Assembly (NCBI GenBank): GCA_003614675.1
Contig: ML002232.1
Location: 1 to 64,000 of the forward strand
Source: Dimargaris cristalligena
Lineage: Eukaryota
Length of the DNA stretch: 64,000 nucleotides
Reading direction: 5' to 3'
Every line of letters starts with the position of its first letter. Position 1 is the stretch's first letter. Shown here piece by piece: positions 37,637 to 50,711 of the stretch. A program made the translations under genes and the position numbers. Below the pieces are notes generated by a model, which was given only the letters and a program-made list of their open reading frames with translations, did no database searches and was not told where the DNA came from.

Positions 37637-40600
37637 AAGCCCATCGAAGCGGAGTCCTCTTCAGCTAGTCGAATATCTCTGATTGACGGTTTGAGTTATG
37701 CTGGAGAAGTAGACGTTGATAAAGATTAGACAAACCGCATTGGCATTGTTAATTTTACCACTTGAAAAAAGAGAGAGATTGGAAATGTGGGCCTAGTTAT
37801 GTCCGGAAAACTTCTGTTTAACCTGAAAACCTATCAAAGGCTATTTGCTTATTTGCCATAGATATTGCTGGATTCTATGCAATATATCGCCAAGGGAGGT
37901 TTAACTGAGTCTACAAGTCAAATCGCGGTCGAGTTGTTGGGCCAAATGCGACCACGCGACGAGTGGCAAGCTCCGATAAATTACTTGACGCACGCTGGGG
38001 AATGGTTTTACCTTATATGGATTCTTTCGCCCACTAGTTTACCCCGCTGCATAATTATTGGGAAATTTAACAGTGCTATATAGGTGGGTATGCTGGTTAT
38101 TATTAACGAACAGTAAGACCTATAACACTAGACATAATATTCGTTATACGGCTTGACTGACTCTCCCCAATAAGGTACGATGCGGGAAGAATAAGCAAGC
38201 CCAATAGCTTTTACCCAAATGCTGGGTACATATGGGCTTTAGTTTATCATCGTCATAATCATTTTTGGGAGCGTAGATTACTGAGCAAACGTATTACCTA
38301 TCACGTGACATAATGCTAGCCAATAAAAGTTATTTTTATTTATTTTTTTTCAGTTATGGCCATATGTAACCGTTTGCACCGTATCCCGTTAGATCTGCGA
38401 AGTTAAGTGGTTATCAGCCAATTTAGTACTGAGGTGGGTGACCACTTGGGAATAGTTGGTGCTATAACTTTTTATTTTCATTTGAATTTATCCGCTTTAA
38501 CTGTTTCGGAAAAACAAAGGTATGTTTTAGCTCGTTTCTGGATTTTGAGGGAACTACTAGCGTGATCTTTATATTACCAATTCCTCGATTTTATTGGCAA
38601 TAGTGGCAAATTGACTATCTGGTCCCCGTAACAATATTTATGTTGGTAAGAAATATAAATAGGAAATATGCAGTTAAATTCCATAACTTAAATGTAGTTT
38701 ATTTTATCGCATTTATAAGATTTACAAAGGGTTCTTTTACCAGTATATTCGGTGGGGATGGGTTTCGCCGAGAGGGATGTTTTTGTATCAATATGACATT
38801 ATAGTCAGTTTAGGGTTCGGGCACATCTTGAATATGAAAGCTCGCCAATGCCCTTGACTTTTTTTCAAGGAGGTATACTGCGATTTCACTACACGTTGTG
38901 AATAAAAGCGTGGCCAGTATTTCTGCCTAATACGCAGGTTGACCTACCTCCCCCCCCACCCCAATTTTAACTGAATACACTACTAACCCTAAAGCCAAGA
39001 CAAGACCACCCTCGATGGTTCTATCCCTACCCCACTATTTTACTCGCCCTGTTTCTCACCCCTCCCTTACTCCCACACCGGCCTACTATTCATTCCCAAT
39101 TAGGTAACCGCCAATATATCTAGTACCTTATCCTATTTAAGAGGGTGTTATAACCCCCCCTGTTCTGCGCCCCCCTGTACTGCTCTGGCCCGACCACTCA
39201 CCTGATGGAACTGCCACCGCTTGGCATGACCTAAAAACCTAAACAACTCCAGTCACACGGTAATCCCACTTCACTACCCCCTTCCGTCTCCCCTTGTATT
39301 CTTGCGAATGTATGAATAAAATGGTACCCTGCCTAATCGACTCAATCTGCCATTCACATATTCCATTTCAATTAATAACCGTCTACCGATGGTGGGGTGA
39401 CCTTCTAACACAGCCTCTCTACACCTGGCGAATCCTAAATTAATAGACACTGGGCCGTAGATACTTCTACTGTTCCTTTTTTACTTGAAGGAATAGTTGG
39501 TTCGAGTTCCTGGCCCTAAGTAAATATTTATACCATTAACATGTCTCCGGGACTCCTATTATCATTATCCCTAATACACCCGGGATTGAGTCATTTTGCC
39601 CATCTGATTAACCAGCACATCGGGCCTAGCAATTAGTGTCCATTGACGTCTTTCGCGAGTCCCCGGCTCCACCATTTGTTACCGATTTACGCCACCGTTA
39701 CCTTTACCCACCTCACCGTTGCTACTTTTATTTTGCATGACCTACCGCTATTACTTACATCCCCTATCCGCACATCATCACATCACTCCCCCCCTTCCCT
39801 TCCACTTAATGCTGCACATCTCCTGGTGACTGGGTTGGTTGTGTATTTCATGTTGATTGAGAACTCCTGGCATATTCCGTAACTCTTTTAGTGGGAATAA
39901 ACCCAATCCTGCCCTTTGAACCTTGCGCTCCCATTCCCATTGCTAACCCTTTACCCCTCTTTTCTCGAGCCCATGATACAAATCAGATACTGTGAAAGCT
40001 ACTTTACAACTACTTCATTTTTATTATATTTCTTAGAATTGAATGGGAAATGACATATGGAGTGCTGGATCACCTGGACCGGTTGCATATTCTGGAAACC
40101 GCATACCCCTGTGCTGGGGTTGATCCTGTAGAAAGAGATACTAAAAAAGGAAGGCAACCAATTTATCTGCAGCCAACTACATCAGAGCCCCCCCCCCTTC
40201 TCCATCTTCTCTTCCTTCTCCTAATATTTAGCCCATATTTTAGCCTTATGGACCGTGGGGGCGGAAATAGTCGGGATTGGCTAGATAATGGCTGCCAGAT
40301 ATATTAGAGTGAGATGCCCCTGGAGGTACACAGCCACACCCCTCGATGAAGTCATGATAGCAGTCACAGGGTCATTGGTGGTTCTCCACCAGTGGGAATT
40401 CCACCCGGGTGGGCTGTCCACACATCAGTTATCCAAGAATCTCCCGAAAGTCGAAACATGTGAGGGAATATGCCTTCCCGTCCCCCCTCATTCCCAGACG
40501 TAAACAGTTGGCCAATATTGAGAGACGGTCAACTAGACCTTGGGTGTGCGGGAATTTGGTGGCCATCGTCAACGGTGAGTCGGAGTGTGACCTGTTTTGT

Positions 40601-43311
40601 TACAGTCTCTGTCGCCAAAATATTTTTTTTTAAAAAAATGGGGCGGTGGGGTGGGGGGTGAAGTAATGTATTACCACCGTGGAAACTCGGGCCCAGAATG
40701 AATTTTGAAAGTACGCCCCTTTCAAACATAACAATTCCAGTTACCCACCTAACAAGACAAGCGGGGTTTTAACGACAGACTCATAGATTCCAGTCAGTAG
40801 TAGCAAAGTCCTTGGATGATAGGTTATGTACACCCGTAAACCCTGGTGCGCCTGGGCTCGGACGACTTAGTTTAATAGACGGTAGAGTGGACGATAATGG
40901 GGTCCCGAACCGGCGTGGAAATTGCCACCCGACGCAAATGGTCCAAGATGGCCATATTGCAACAACTTGGCTGTTGGCGTCTGGGAGTCTTTAAGCCACA
41001 TTCTGCGCTCATCCAAAGCGAACCCAACCCCATAGCATAGCATAGCTACTGAATCGTCAGGCATTCCCTTGAGTATAAACTGGGAACGATAGTCACAGTC
41101 ACTTAGGGATGTCCCAAAAAAGATAAGGCGATAACAATCATGCTGTTTCAAAGATTAATCTTCGTGAATATTTAATTGGGGCAGGCGTTTAAGACGCACC
41201 CTACGATAAATGGGCGATAAAACCCCAGCAATTCCCTCCAATTATAGTTTGGAGCTGTACAAATGATAGCATAGCCCCCTCCTACTCGAGCCAACAATCC
41301 GGTTGGTATATGAAGAGGTTACCTATATTCAGGTGCTTATTTACATTTAGAGGGTTCCCCACTACATGTTTGGATGGCGGATACATGTCCTATGTTATAG
41401 CCCACCTTGGCCCCCAGCTCCTCCTATATATGTTTATAGTATTGTCGTGTGTAGCCTGTAAGTGAAATAGTTGATACTCAAACTTGGGCCGCGAAGCCAC
41501 CTATATTCATACGGCGGGTTTCTTGATATTTCATAAAATTGAGACCATATAGCTGAATACCTTTGACTACAGTTTCTACTGATCAGAGAGATTTAGTAGT
41601 ATATATTTTTTATCAGGCAAAATAGTGAAAGATGGGCTACCGGGGACGGGATGTGGTGGCTAAGACTGGATTTCTGCTTATATTGGCAGTGTTTTTTTTA
41701 TTGTAGGATTCCATATGGCCGGGGCGAACTTCACTTGTATCAAACTCTGAACTCCTTGGATCGCTTCAGTTTATACAGCCGGCCGAACGATACTACAAAC
41801 TATTGAACAGCGGGAGGGGGAGGGGAATCAAAACCACCAGCGTGGCGTGGAGCGGGGCCATCCACCCAATGAGTTTGTTTTATTTCCTTTTGGCTTTGTG
41901 GAGCAAAAATCAAGGAAGGAGAAGGGGGGGAGGCTGACCAGGTGGACCGTTTAATTAATGGCCTTGGGAAAATCCCTAGTAGGGGTGTGTGTGACTGTTT
42001 ATCAGGAATCACTCTTCCTTATGTGACGCATGTGGGCTATTTCTTTTCCTCGGCTGCATCAGTATATTGATGGCTGTATTGGAAAAATATAAAAAGAGGG
42101 TGCTTTAAGACAGGGTTCAGTCGGTTGTCAGTTTACAGGCGTTGCAATGAGGTCAAGCTAAATACTAACCCCATCCCCTTTCCCAAGAGTTTTTATTTTC
42201 GAGGGTTAATAACGGACAAGAGATATTCCACTGATCACGATTGTACTACAATACCCCCCTCCTCACTTCCAAGTTTTCTTAGACACGCCTATAGTCACTT
42301 AGTTGGTGACCAGGCCCAGTGTAAAAGTTGGAGGATAAGCAGTCTAGCGAAAGGGGGAGGGGAGGGTGGCCGTCAATAGTGATCAGGCGGACGGATGATC
42401 CTTGCGGTGGAGTAAAGGGACCAATGGTAGAAAGCAGTCATGGAATTAAAGGGTGGCCGCTTCAAGTGATCACAGAGAGGGAAGGGGGGGGACAGCTAGT
42501 TGGCTGCTCTTGGTACCCAGATCGTGGCCCATGACTGAGTCCGAGTACTAACAATTGAGTACAGTGACCTACTCCATTCGCCGCCGCGCCCTTGCCTATT
42601 CTTATATGGTCGCTGGTTAATTTTTCCATCGATAACTAAAGAGGGGCTTAAATGGTCCCTATTATACCTTTGCAGGTTCTTTTATATAGAGCAGTCCCCC
42701 CCCCTTGGGTTATCAATATTAATATATGGTTGGATCGTCCGACTGTCGTTTTTGGTTCGTTCCTAGCCATATCCCCAAATAAGCGGCCACCATCGCTCTT
42801 CCACACCCACCCACTCCTTGCTCTATATACCGAAGTTCAGGAATGGAGGGGGGAGGATGAGAAGAAGGGATGGAAGATACACAGGGCTTGATAAGGAACG
42901 GGGACGATACTGGGCCCCAATACCTACCAGTGAACGGGAATAGCCGACCTCCTCCGAGCTCATTTCGTCATGACACACTTAGTGCAGGTTTGGCTCGGGA
43001 ATTATATAAGAAGACCAGCGAATACCCGTCCTCAAGGTCTCTTCAAGAACACCCTACACTTTCATACTATTTATTACACATTTCCTGTACACTACCCACC
43101 CTTGCCTTTCTACTTGTTGCATCCTATACTACCAGCCCTTTACTGTTACAGTATCCCTGTACACTATTCAAACCGCCCTTCGTTGCCGTGATACTTTGCT
43201 TTCCCAAGTATATAATTTCGGCTTTTCCTTTGTACAACACTTTACTATCCTGACCCTGACCGGACCCACCTTTGCATAGTTCAATTCCACTCCAACCATT
43301 ATTTAACCACT

Positions 43312-44535
43312 ATGTTGAATCCCTTGGCAGCGATTAATTCCGTCCAATGTACCACACCCTACTGCAACCGGCACTGCTTGCCGCAGGACAACCGGTCCAA
43401 GGAAACCCAACTCCGCTATTTACTCCATTCGTTGAACCTTCCCTCCTCCGTCTCGTTCAAGGTGGACCTCAACTTCCTTATCCGGGCCATTCGGTTTGAA
43501 CTGGGCGACGGTGGACTGGACTCGGACCATGTCAATGTGGGACGGGTCGAAACCCTCATGTCTGCTTACCAGTCCAATAAGGCCGACTGGCAGCAGTATG
43601 CCCACTTCGACAAGTACAAATACACCCGTAATCTGGTTGACGACGGAAACGGGCAGTTCAACTTGCTTATCCTGGCCTGGGGACCCGGTCAAAAGAGGTA
43701 TGTCGCATTGATAACTGAGGGAGATGGGGTGTTGTAAATATTACAGGTTATATGAGCTATTGAGAGGGAGTGGTTAAGTGTAATGTTTAGTCAAAGCTAG
43801 CCCAATAATTTTGTCAAGTGAAACTCAAAAATGAGTTTCGGGTGCATCGTACCGTTTGAGCCCGTGCGTGACCGCTTTGGCCATTCAAATTCTCGCGATG
43901 AACAGTCACTTGCTTTTTATACCTACCCCCCTAATTGGGCCTTACCACTCAGCTGACACATCCCATGGCTAACCCATACTCTTCAACCATTGGTTACCGC
44001 ATCGGTTTTTTTGGTCCTTAATGTACTGTGCATTATCAATTTTAGTCCCATTCACGACCACGCCCGCAGTCACTGTGTAATGAAGGTCTTGGACGGCAGT
44101 CTTATCGAAACTCAGTACCATTGGCCCCAAATCCTTGTGGATGATGATGGTGGTGTGAGTGATAACACCCCGTCGTTTTCACCCCCGACAGCATTCGCCC
44201 ATCCCCACCATCGTCGCGCGATGATCGATAACGGCCCCGGAAATGGCCGCACGGATGAGCAACATCCGTACGAAAATCCCCAACAACCCCTGCGTATTCA
44301 AAAAGAAACCCACTTGAAAGAGAACTCGGTGGCCTACATCCACGATCGAATCGGACTGCATCGGGTGGGCAACAGCTCCGACGTTTGCGGTTCGGTTTCA
44401 CTGCACCTTTACACTCCGCCCATCCACTTTTGCCACTCGTTTAACGAGTCCACCGGGCATGCACGCGCCAGTACCTGCCAAACCTTCCACTCCCAGTATG
44501 GCGTGAAAAACTCAACCTCCGCCCACAAATCCTAA
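43312..44535 (+). CDS. CDO1: Cysteine dioxygenase type I (~291 aa); exons 43312-43697, 44046-44535
   Basis: YTRNLVDDGNGQFNLLILAWGPGQK/SPIHDHARSHCVMKVL (Fe ligands HDH and the cross-link Cys), GLHRV, SLHLYTPP (cross-link Tyr); phase-2 GT-AG intron. Confidence 0.97.
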
Positions 44536-46433
44536 AGGCACCACCCAATAGCTTTACTATAGTCTAGGAATGGAGGGAATCCCCAAGGTCACATGATGTA
44601 CTGGATCACGTGCCTATTACATCAATATAACTGACCACTGTCATACATCCCACTTATACCTCTTCCCTTTTATAGCGTCTAATTACTGTAGCCCATAAAG
44701 GGGGCATAGTTTGCGCCACAACAGTTGTATTATTATTACTTTATCCTCTCCCTCAACACCTACCATAGTATTTTACTTATAGTAACTACATGGTTATATA
44801 TATACACTATTTCCGACTTTCCATTTTAGCATCAATAAATTACCCTCAGGTCATATTATACTTTAGAGCGCACTATACCTGTAGCTGTTTGGTTAGCGTG
44901 TCTAATTGCCATTATTTATAACGACTGTATTTCCCAATATTTATTTGCGAATACTGTATATACTTTCTTGCTTCGTCTTTTAAATTTTTCTAGTGTTTTT
45001 ATTTCTCTCGCGATATTTCCGGCTATTGAATTATCCTCAAATTAACATATGGCTAAAAGTACCGCTACATTATTATGTAGCATTAAAGTGATAATTAGTC
45101 TATATTTTACTCCTCGTAGACAAGCCGTTCTTTTAAACATTGGTCCGGATGGTAAGTAATATTATGAGATTCAAGCGAGATACATAGCGCACGGGGGGAG
45201 GGAGTGGGAAATGTCACGACATCGCATCAAGCGGCCCCCCTGGAAAGTACTAGATGGATGGTGTTCAGTAGCTCGATCCAATAGTTAGTGGCGTGGCAGA
45301 GTTAGCAGGTCAATTAGGCGGATCATGGCATCGGGCCAAGCCATATCCACCATCGTCTGTAGGATGAGTTCCTTTACTAGAAGTTACCTTTCTGGTTGCC
45401 TCGTCTCTTCTACCGTCGTACACTGTGTCCTCGTAGAGTATAGCAGTTAAAACCCTACTATATGGCCTAATACATCCTACTATAAGTATTGCTGCCAGGC
45501 TAGGAGCTAGGGAGATGCTGTATGACATAAAATTACTGCTTTCCACAGTCGATTGCCAATCATGCTTGCTGGTATTCAATACATTACCAATGATTCTGTC
45601 GCCGAGGAGTGTCAGTCAAACTACCCCATGATTATATAGACAGTAGTTCGACAGACCCAAACCTTCTCTCTTCTATTATTATTTCTTACTATGTTAACGA
45701 ACCCAGATGTTCATTTACTAGTGCTTTGGTCAATGAGGCTGTAATAATAGAACAGGAATAGCGTGCTGGATTCGGCAGTGCTGAGTAAACTGCATAATGT
45801 ACTTCACACGTATGTGCATTGAATGGAACGCTGAGGTGGTGGTACTGCCCCCCTTTCGACTTCTACTACATCCATTTCATCTCCCCTACATATTATTCCC
45901 ACCAAATTGATAGTTCTTCGATGGCTGAGCAACCAAAAAAAAAGGCCTCCGATAACTAAGCTAGATATTTTCTTTTGGCCGAGCTCATCTGGTCATCGGG
46001 CGAGAGAAACCAGCCCATTTACAAATCGGTATCAATTTACTATACGATGTCACCCGAAACTATGCTATGCACGCATTATTATATAGTAATTCATCGCTAT
46101 TTCATATATTATACCGCCGCTTCGCTCCTCCGAGGTTGAAGACCCTATATGTAACAGTTTCCCCACTTTCATTCCAATTCATTCACGACCTCGCCCGCCT
46201 TGTCTACAACATATTCCTACCGCTTTGTATTGTTGCCAAAAACAACGCCCCCGGTCGTACGCCCGCCGTTTATTTGTATCAGGATTAATTCGGGGCTTTT
46301 CGCGGTCTGGGCTATTTCGCCCCCTATTCATCCCGTCGACTGTAAACTTCCCACTGGGCGCATTTCCTCCGCTATTCGAGTCACACCGCTGGTCAGCCGA
46401 GCCCGACCCCATTCGTTCAATTTCGCCCATACC

Positions 46434-47468
46434 ATGCCTGCGATCTTACATGTCCTTCGGAACGATCATATTATCCAAGATGGACCGGACCCGGTCGTTA
46501 ACTACGACCGGCACTGGTTCAACACCACCAGTATGGCCATGATAGCCCTAGCTGGGACCCTCTTGATTCATATCAGTAACGCCGTCACATCGGTCCGACT
46601 CAACTTTAAACACCGTATCCCGTCTCTGTTTTTGGTCGCCATGATCCAGTCGCTGGTTGCCGTGGGCTGTCACTTCTGCCGCTCGTCCGATTTTTTTTTT
46701 GTCACCGACTGTCAGTTCAAGCCATACCTTAATAACTTCTGCTACGCCCTTTCCACTGGTCTTATTATTGCTGGATTTAGCTGGCAATTGGCCAAAGCCA
46801 CACCCTACTTCTGGTCTTTTATGTTCTTTGGCTTGCTTTGCCAGGGCGCCAAGCATATCCCCGCTATTATCTACACCGTCCACATGACGGTGGGTACTGG
46901 ATACTTTCAAGAGTGCCACTATGCCACGCCACCTTTTGATGCCTTTCTTTTTTTGATTAGCGAGATTATGGTTTACGCTACCATGATTCTGGCCTGGGCC
47001 GTGATTATACCCATCCGGGTCTATCGCCACAACCAGCCCTGGAAATCGGCAATCTATTACTACGGGGCCATTTATACGGTGGTGTGCTGTATCCTCGGCA
47101 TGGCCATTCTTTGTATGATCATAACCGGCCACACCTTTGACCTCCACTTGGAAGTATTTTTCCAGTCCAAGTGGGCCATCGAATCAATGGCCCTCACCGC
47201 TCAGTTGAAGCGCCTGCACCAGGAATTGCGCGAATTTCGACGCAGCCAAGGTGACCAGCCCATTTCCGGTTTCGTCAATTTCAATTTGAAGCATGTGCGT
47301 ACTCCCGGCAAACCGTCGCCGGGCGGTTCAAACACGAGTACCCTGGCTAATACCATCAGATATATGCGGGACCGCGTTCGGAGCACGACTAGCAGTCTCG
47401 CCACTGGATCCGGGGGCACCTACAAAGCCCCATCGGAAATAGAATCGGCAACTACTAGCCGTTCGTAA
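46434..47468 (+). CDS. Seven-transmembrane GPCR-like protein, paralog A (344 aa, intronless)
   Basis: Seven hydrophobic segments; N-terminal NTT sequon; Cys before TM3 (TDCQFKPY) and in ECL2 (FQECH); polar Ser/Thr-rich tail. Start at ATG 46434 chosen by alignment to paralog B. Confidence 0.8.
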   Translation: MPAILHVLRNDHIIQDGPDPVVNYDRHWFNTTSMAMIALAGTLLIHISNAVTSVRLNFKHRIPSLFLVAMIQSLVAVGCHFCRSSDFFFVTDCQFKPYLNNFCYALSTGLIIAGFSWQLAKATPYFWSFMFFGLLCQGAKHIPAIIYTVHMTVGTGYFQECHYATPPFDAFLFLISEIMVYATMILAWAVIIPIRVYRHNQPWKSAIYYYGAIYTVVCCILGMAILCMIITGHTFDLHLEVFFQSKWAIESMALTAQLKRLHQELREFRRSQGDQPISGFVNFNLKHVRTPGKPSPGGSNTSTLANTIRYMRDRVRSTTSSLATGSGGTYKAPSEIESATTSRS

Positions 47469-48954
47469 CCATCAAACTGGTTCGGCCACCTTTAGGCTCA
47501 GGTAACCGATATCCAATTTGATGGATTTCGTCTTAATTTCAAATGTTTTTACTTTCCTATTTTGAGCTCCAACCTTGTTTATCAACCCGTAAACTCAGGC
47601 CACTATTTTCTATACCCACTCTTTACCCTAAATATCTAATATAATCACATGCCAATTTTAATGACTAGCGGGTGGAGGTGTACGGGGAATGCAGTACTTG
47701 AGGATCCTCGCTTAAACCCAGCACTTGGTATGCGAGAAAGGCAAAAATTAATGTGATGTGGTGATGATTGCAGAGGTCAGCAACCTGACTCAATCAGCAA
47801 CAGGGATGGTTGTCGGATACTTGCAGTCATCCACTCTAGGCAGGCCTAGAACGGTTGGGAGGCGAGTCCAGGAGGAGCAATGTGTTGCTGACCCTGCCCA
47901 CAATACAGCCTGAGTATAGGGGGTCCTCTCCTGATTTACGCCCAGTAAGGCGCGGCTGAGAACTAATCAGGTGCCTCTTATTTATACTCCTGAAAAATAC
48001 CGAGTTGGCCATACTACATAAATAATGAATCTGGTATCCAAACTCATTTAACGTCTAATTTTGACGCCACGTTCTTGCCATTCTTAATTGTTCGTATTTT
48101 AGTACTAGCCTTCTCTGGCTGCTAGTCTATATATTAAGCTGGGATCTAGGCAGGAATCTGTTCCTATCACCCAGACTGACTCTGGGCCTTTAGCGACGGT
48201 TCATCGCTTCCTTATTTACACCGCCTCATATCAATACACACCCGTGCCTCGGCTTCGACACACCATTTGCCTATTCTCTTAGGTACCATCTACCACAAGC
48301 TCCGCTTTAGTCATTGTGAGATCCTTGGTGCATCACATTGGCTATGGGATCCAGTATACAGCAACTTCCCCTCCCAGTCATCCTGTGTATGAGCTGATTC
48401 AGTCAACTGGTAAACAAGTCGGTGTCCATTTATATAATAATTGCAGATGGGACTCAATCGGTGGCTACGCAAACGACACTGGCGTGGCGAGCGCAGGAGA
48501 GGAGCCTACTCCCACCCTTTCTTGTCCACACTCGTCCCCCCCAGATGGCTCACCACTCTCATGGGGAACAGAGTCGCTAGAAAAACCTATCAGGACGCAG
48601 ATGAAATGAGTGCTGGTTCCCTTTTCAAAGTGGTTGAGGCAGCTGGGCCCAGTGTAAGCGCGCTGTACGAATCTGCAGTTGAACGATTTAAGTATTGGTT
48701 GTCTGCAGTCTAGTTCCTCATCTTCTTTTGTACAAATTGCGAGCATCACCCGTAGGAAAGTGGGGAAGGTGTAGCAATTTCTCCTGAAGCCGGTGTCTAG
48801 GCGGCTGGTGGTGGAAGGAGTTCGAATTCACTCGTGTGTTCAGCAGTATATCATTCTCTCCGGCTTATTACATCGACTATACCAGGAACAGATGTAAAAA
48901 AAACACAGAGAAGCCCGCATCGCTCTTCATCTACCCGCCGAGCTATGCTTGTAA

Positions 48955-48962
48955 TATAAAAG
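48955..48962 (+). promoter_or_regulatory. Candidate TATA box for 7TM paralog B
   Basis: TATAAAAG followed by a pyrimidine-rich leader, ~320 bp before ATG 49275. Confidence 0.4.
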
Positions 48963-49274
48963 AGGTTGGTGATCACTCCTCTTCTTACTGATTCCACGTC
49001 TGTGCCCTTTTGTTATTAACTCCAATTAACTTAATTATCCGTACTTTTTTTTATTCAATTGGCTTCTTTTATCCATTCCCGCTTCTCGGGTGCCCATGTT
49101 CTAATCGTATAAAGCTTTTCATCGCATACCTATGTGATTTACTTTTCCCGGCCGCCGGTCGAATTGTCCGTATTTTGTATTTTCTGATAGTCCATCGACC
49201 ATTACTTTGTCTATACTATATATATACATCTTCGGCCGTTTCTACTCTATCTACCACTCCATAGACCTACGCCA

Positions 49275-50309
49275 ATGTATATCCCGCAAGTCCTTCAGCC
49301 CCGGGCGGGTATGTACATTACGAATGGCACTGACCCTATTGTGAGCTACGACCGCGAGTGGTTCACAACCACCAATATGGGTATGATAGCCTTCGCTGGT
49401 ACCCTATTAATCCACATCAGTAACGCCATGGTGTCGACTCAACTTAATTTCAAGCACCGGGCCCCGTCCATGTTCACGGCGGCCATGTTCCAGTCCGTCA
49501 TTTCCATCGGCTGCCACCTCAGTCGCGTGTCCGACTACTTCTGGGAAACCAACTGCAATTTCAAACCCTACTTCAACAACTTCTGCTACTGGTTCTCCAC
49601 CGCCGTCGTCATGGGGGTGTATATATGGCGTATTGCCCAAGCCTGTCAGTTCTTCAATTTCGCCCTTTCGATTGGTCTGATTCTACAGGTTCTTAAATTC
49701 GCGGGCGCCCTGGCCCTGACCCTCGAAATGACCATGGGTAAGGGCTACTTTCAAGAGTGTCATTTTGCCGCCCCGCCCCAGATGTTCACCTATCTGCTGG
49801 GGTCCGAACTGCTCTGCTACAGTGCGTTGATTGCGGCGTGGTTCGCCCTCATGGCTTACCAGCGATGGGGGAAAAAATCACATTGGCGAAAAGCGCTGTT
49901 CCGGCACGGGGGCATCTACACGGTGGTCGGGTGTAGCTTCTGTCTGATCCTGGAATGTATGATATTGACGGGCAATACGTTTGGCATTTTGGTCGACGCC
50001 ATCATGCAAATCAAATGGTCAGCCGAGTCACTGGCGCTTACCCGCCAGCTCCAAGCCTACCACCATGAGATCCAGGGTCTCAACGACCCCATGTCTACCT
50101 CGCACGAAGCTAGAAGGCCGCCCCGTCGTCACCATCGACCCCAGCGCTCGCAAATCACGGATTCGGACGGTATGATTACCGCCAATAGTGGCAGTACGGC
50201 CATTGCGTTGGGCTCTAGTAGGCAACACAGATCGACCAAGGACGAAAAATCCTTCTCCATGGCCAGTTTCCCCATGTCGGCGTCTCCGGATATCTCCATC
50301 GAAATGTGA
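49275..50309 (+). CDS. Seven-transmembrane GPCR-like protein, paralog B (344 aa, intronless)
   Basis: Collinear with paralog A (DPIVSYDREWF...AGTLLIHISNA, LNFKHR.PS, C.FKPY.NNFCY, G.GYFQECH.A.PP, Q.KW..ES.ALT.QL); NGT sequon. Confidence 0.82.
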   Translation: MYIPQVLQPRAGMYITNGTDPIVSYDREWFTTTNMGMIAFAGTLLIHISNAMVSTQLNFKHRAPSMFTAAMFQSVISIGCHLSRVSDYFWETNCNFKPYFNNFCYWFSTAVVMGVYIWRIAQACQFFNFALSIGLILQVLKFAGALALTLEMTMGKGYFQECHFAAPPQMFTYLLGSELLCYSALIAAWFALMAYQRWGKKSHWRKALFRHGGIYTVVGCSFCLILECMILTGNTFGILVDAIMQIKWSAESLALTRQLQAYHHEIQGLNDPMSTSHEARRPPRRHHRPQRSQITDSDGMITANSGSTAIALGSSRQHRSTKDEKSFSMASFPMSASPDISIEM

Positions 50310-50711
50310 CACTGAATAGAAGATATATTTCCCCTAATTACATCGATCAACTCTGTATGACTCTTCCTAAGCCGCTACTACTATTTTGTACTAAACCGAA
50401 AAAAAAACAAAGGCTTCAAACGTGGTGACATGGGCACAGAGTATGGCGATATCAGTGAAAGATGTTTTGAGATGAGTCAGGATATACTGAGGCGGTAGGT
50501 GATAGTTATAAAAAGGTGGGTAAAAGTTGTTGCCAATTCAGGTGTGTATGTATACTGCCAGCTAGTGCGGCCTGGTGAGAACACAAATAGTGAACAAAAA
50601 TTTGGCAGTAGTTATGGGGAACTATATTTTGGATAAAAGGGTTTATTTATAATAGGCGGCTTTATCGAGTGAAGTATATGGGGGGATTCGTTTATAAAAA
50701 CATAACATGTA

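Noticed and set aside
39450..39520. GGTTCGAGTTCC B-box-like motif with flanking GGGCC/GGCCC
   Set aside because: T-stem does not close properly and there is no D-loop or anticodon arm; not a tRNA.
42870..43253. 127-aa ORF directly upstream of CDO1
   Set aside because: Composition resembles promoter or pyrimidine-rich leader; no recognisable homology.
48316..48749. Overlapping short ORFs between the two 7TM genes
   Set aside because: No similarity to the receptors or to any family I recognise.
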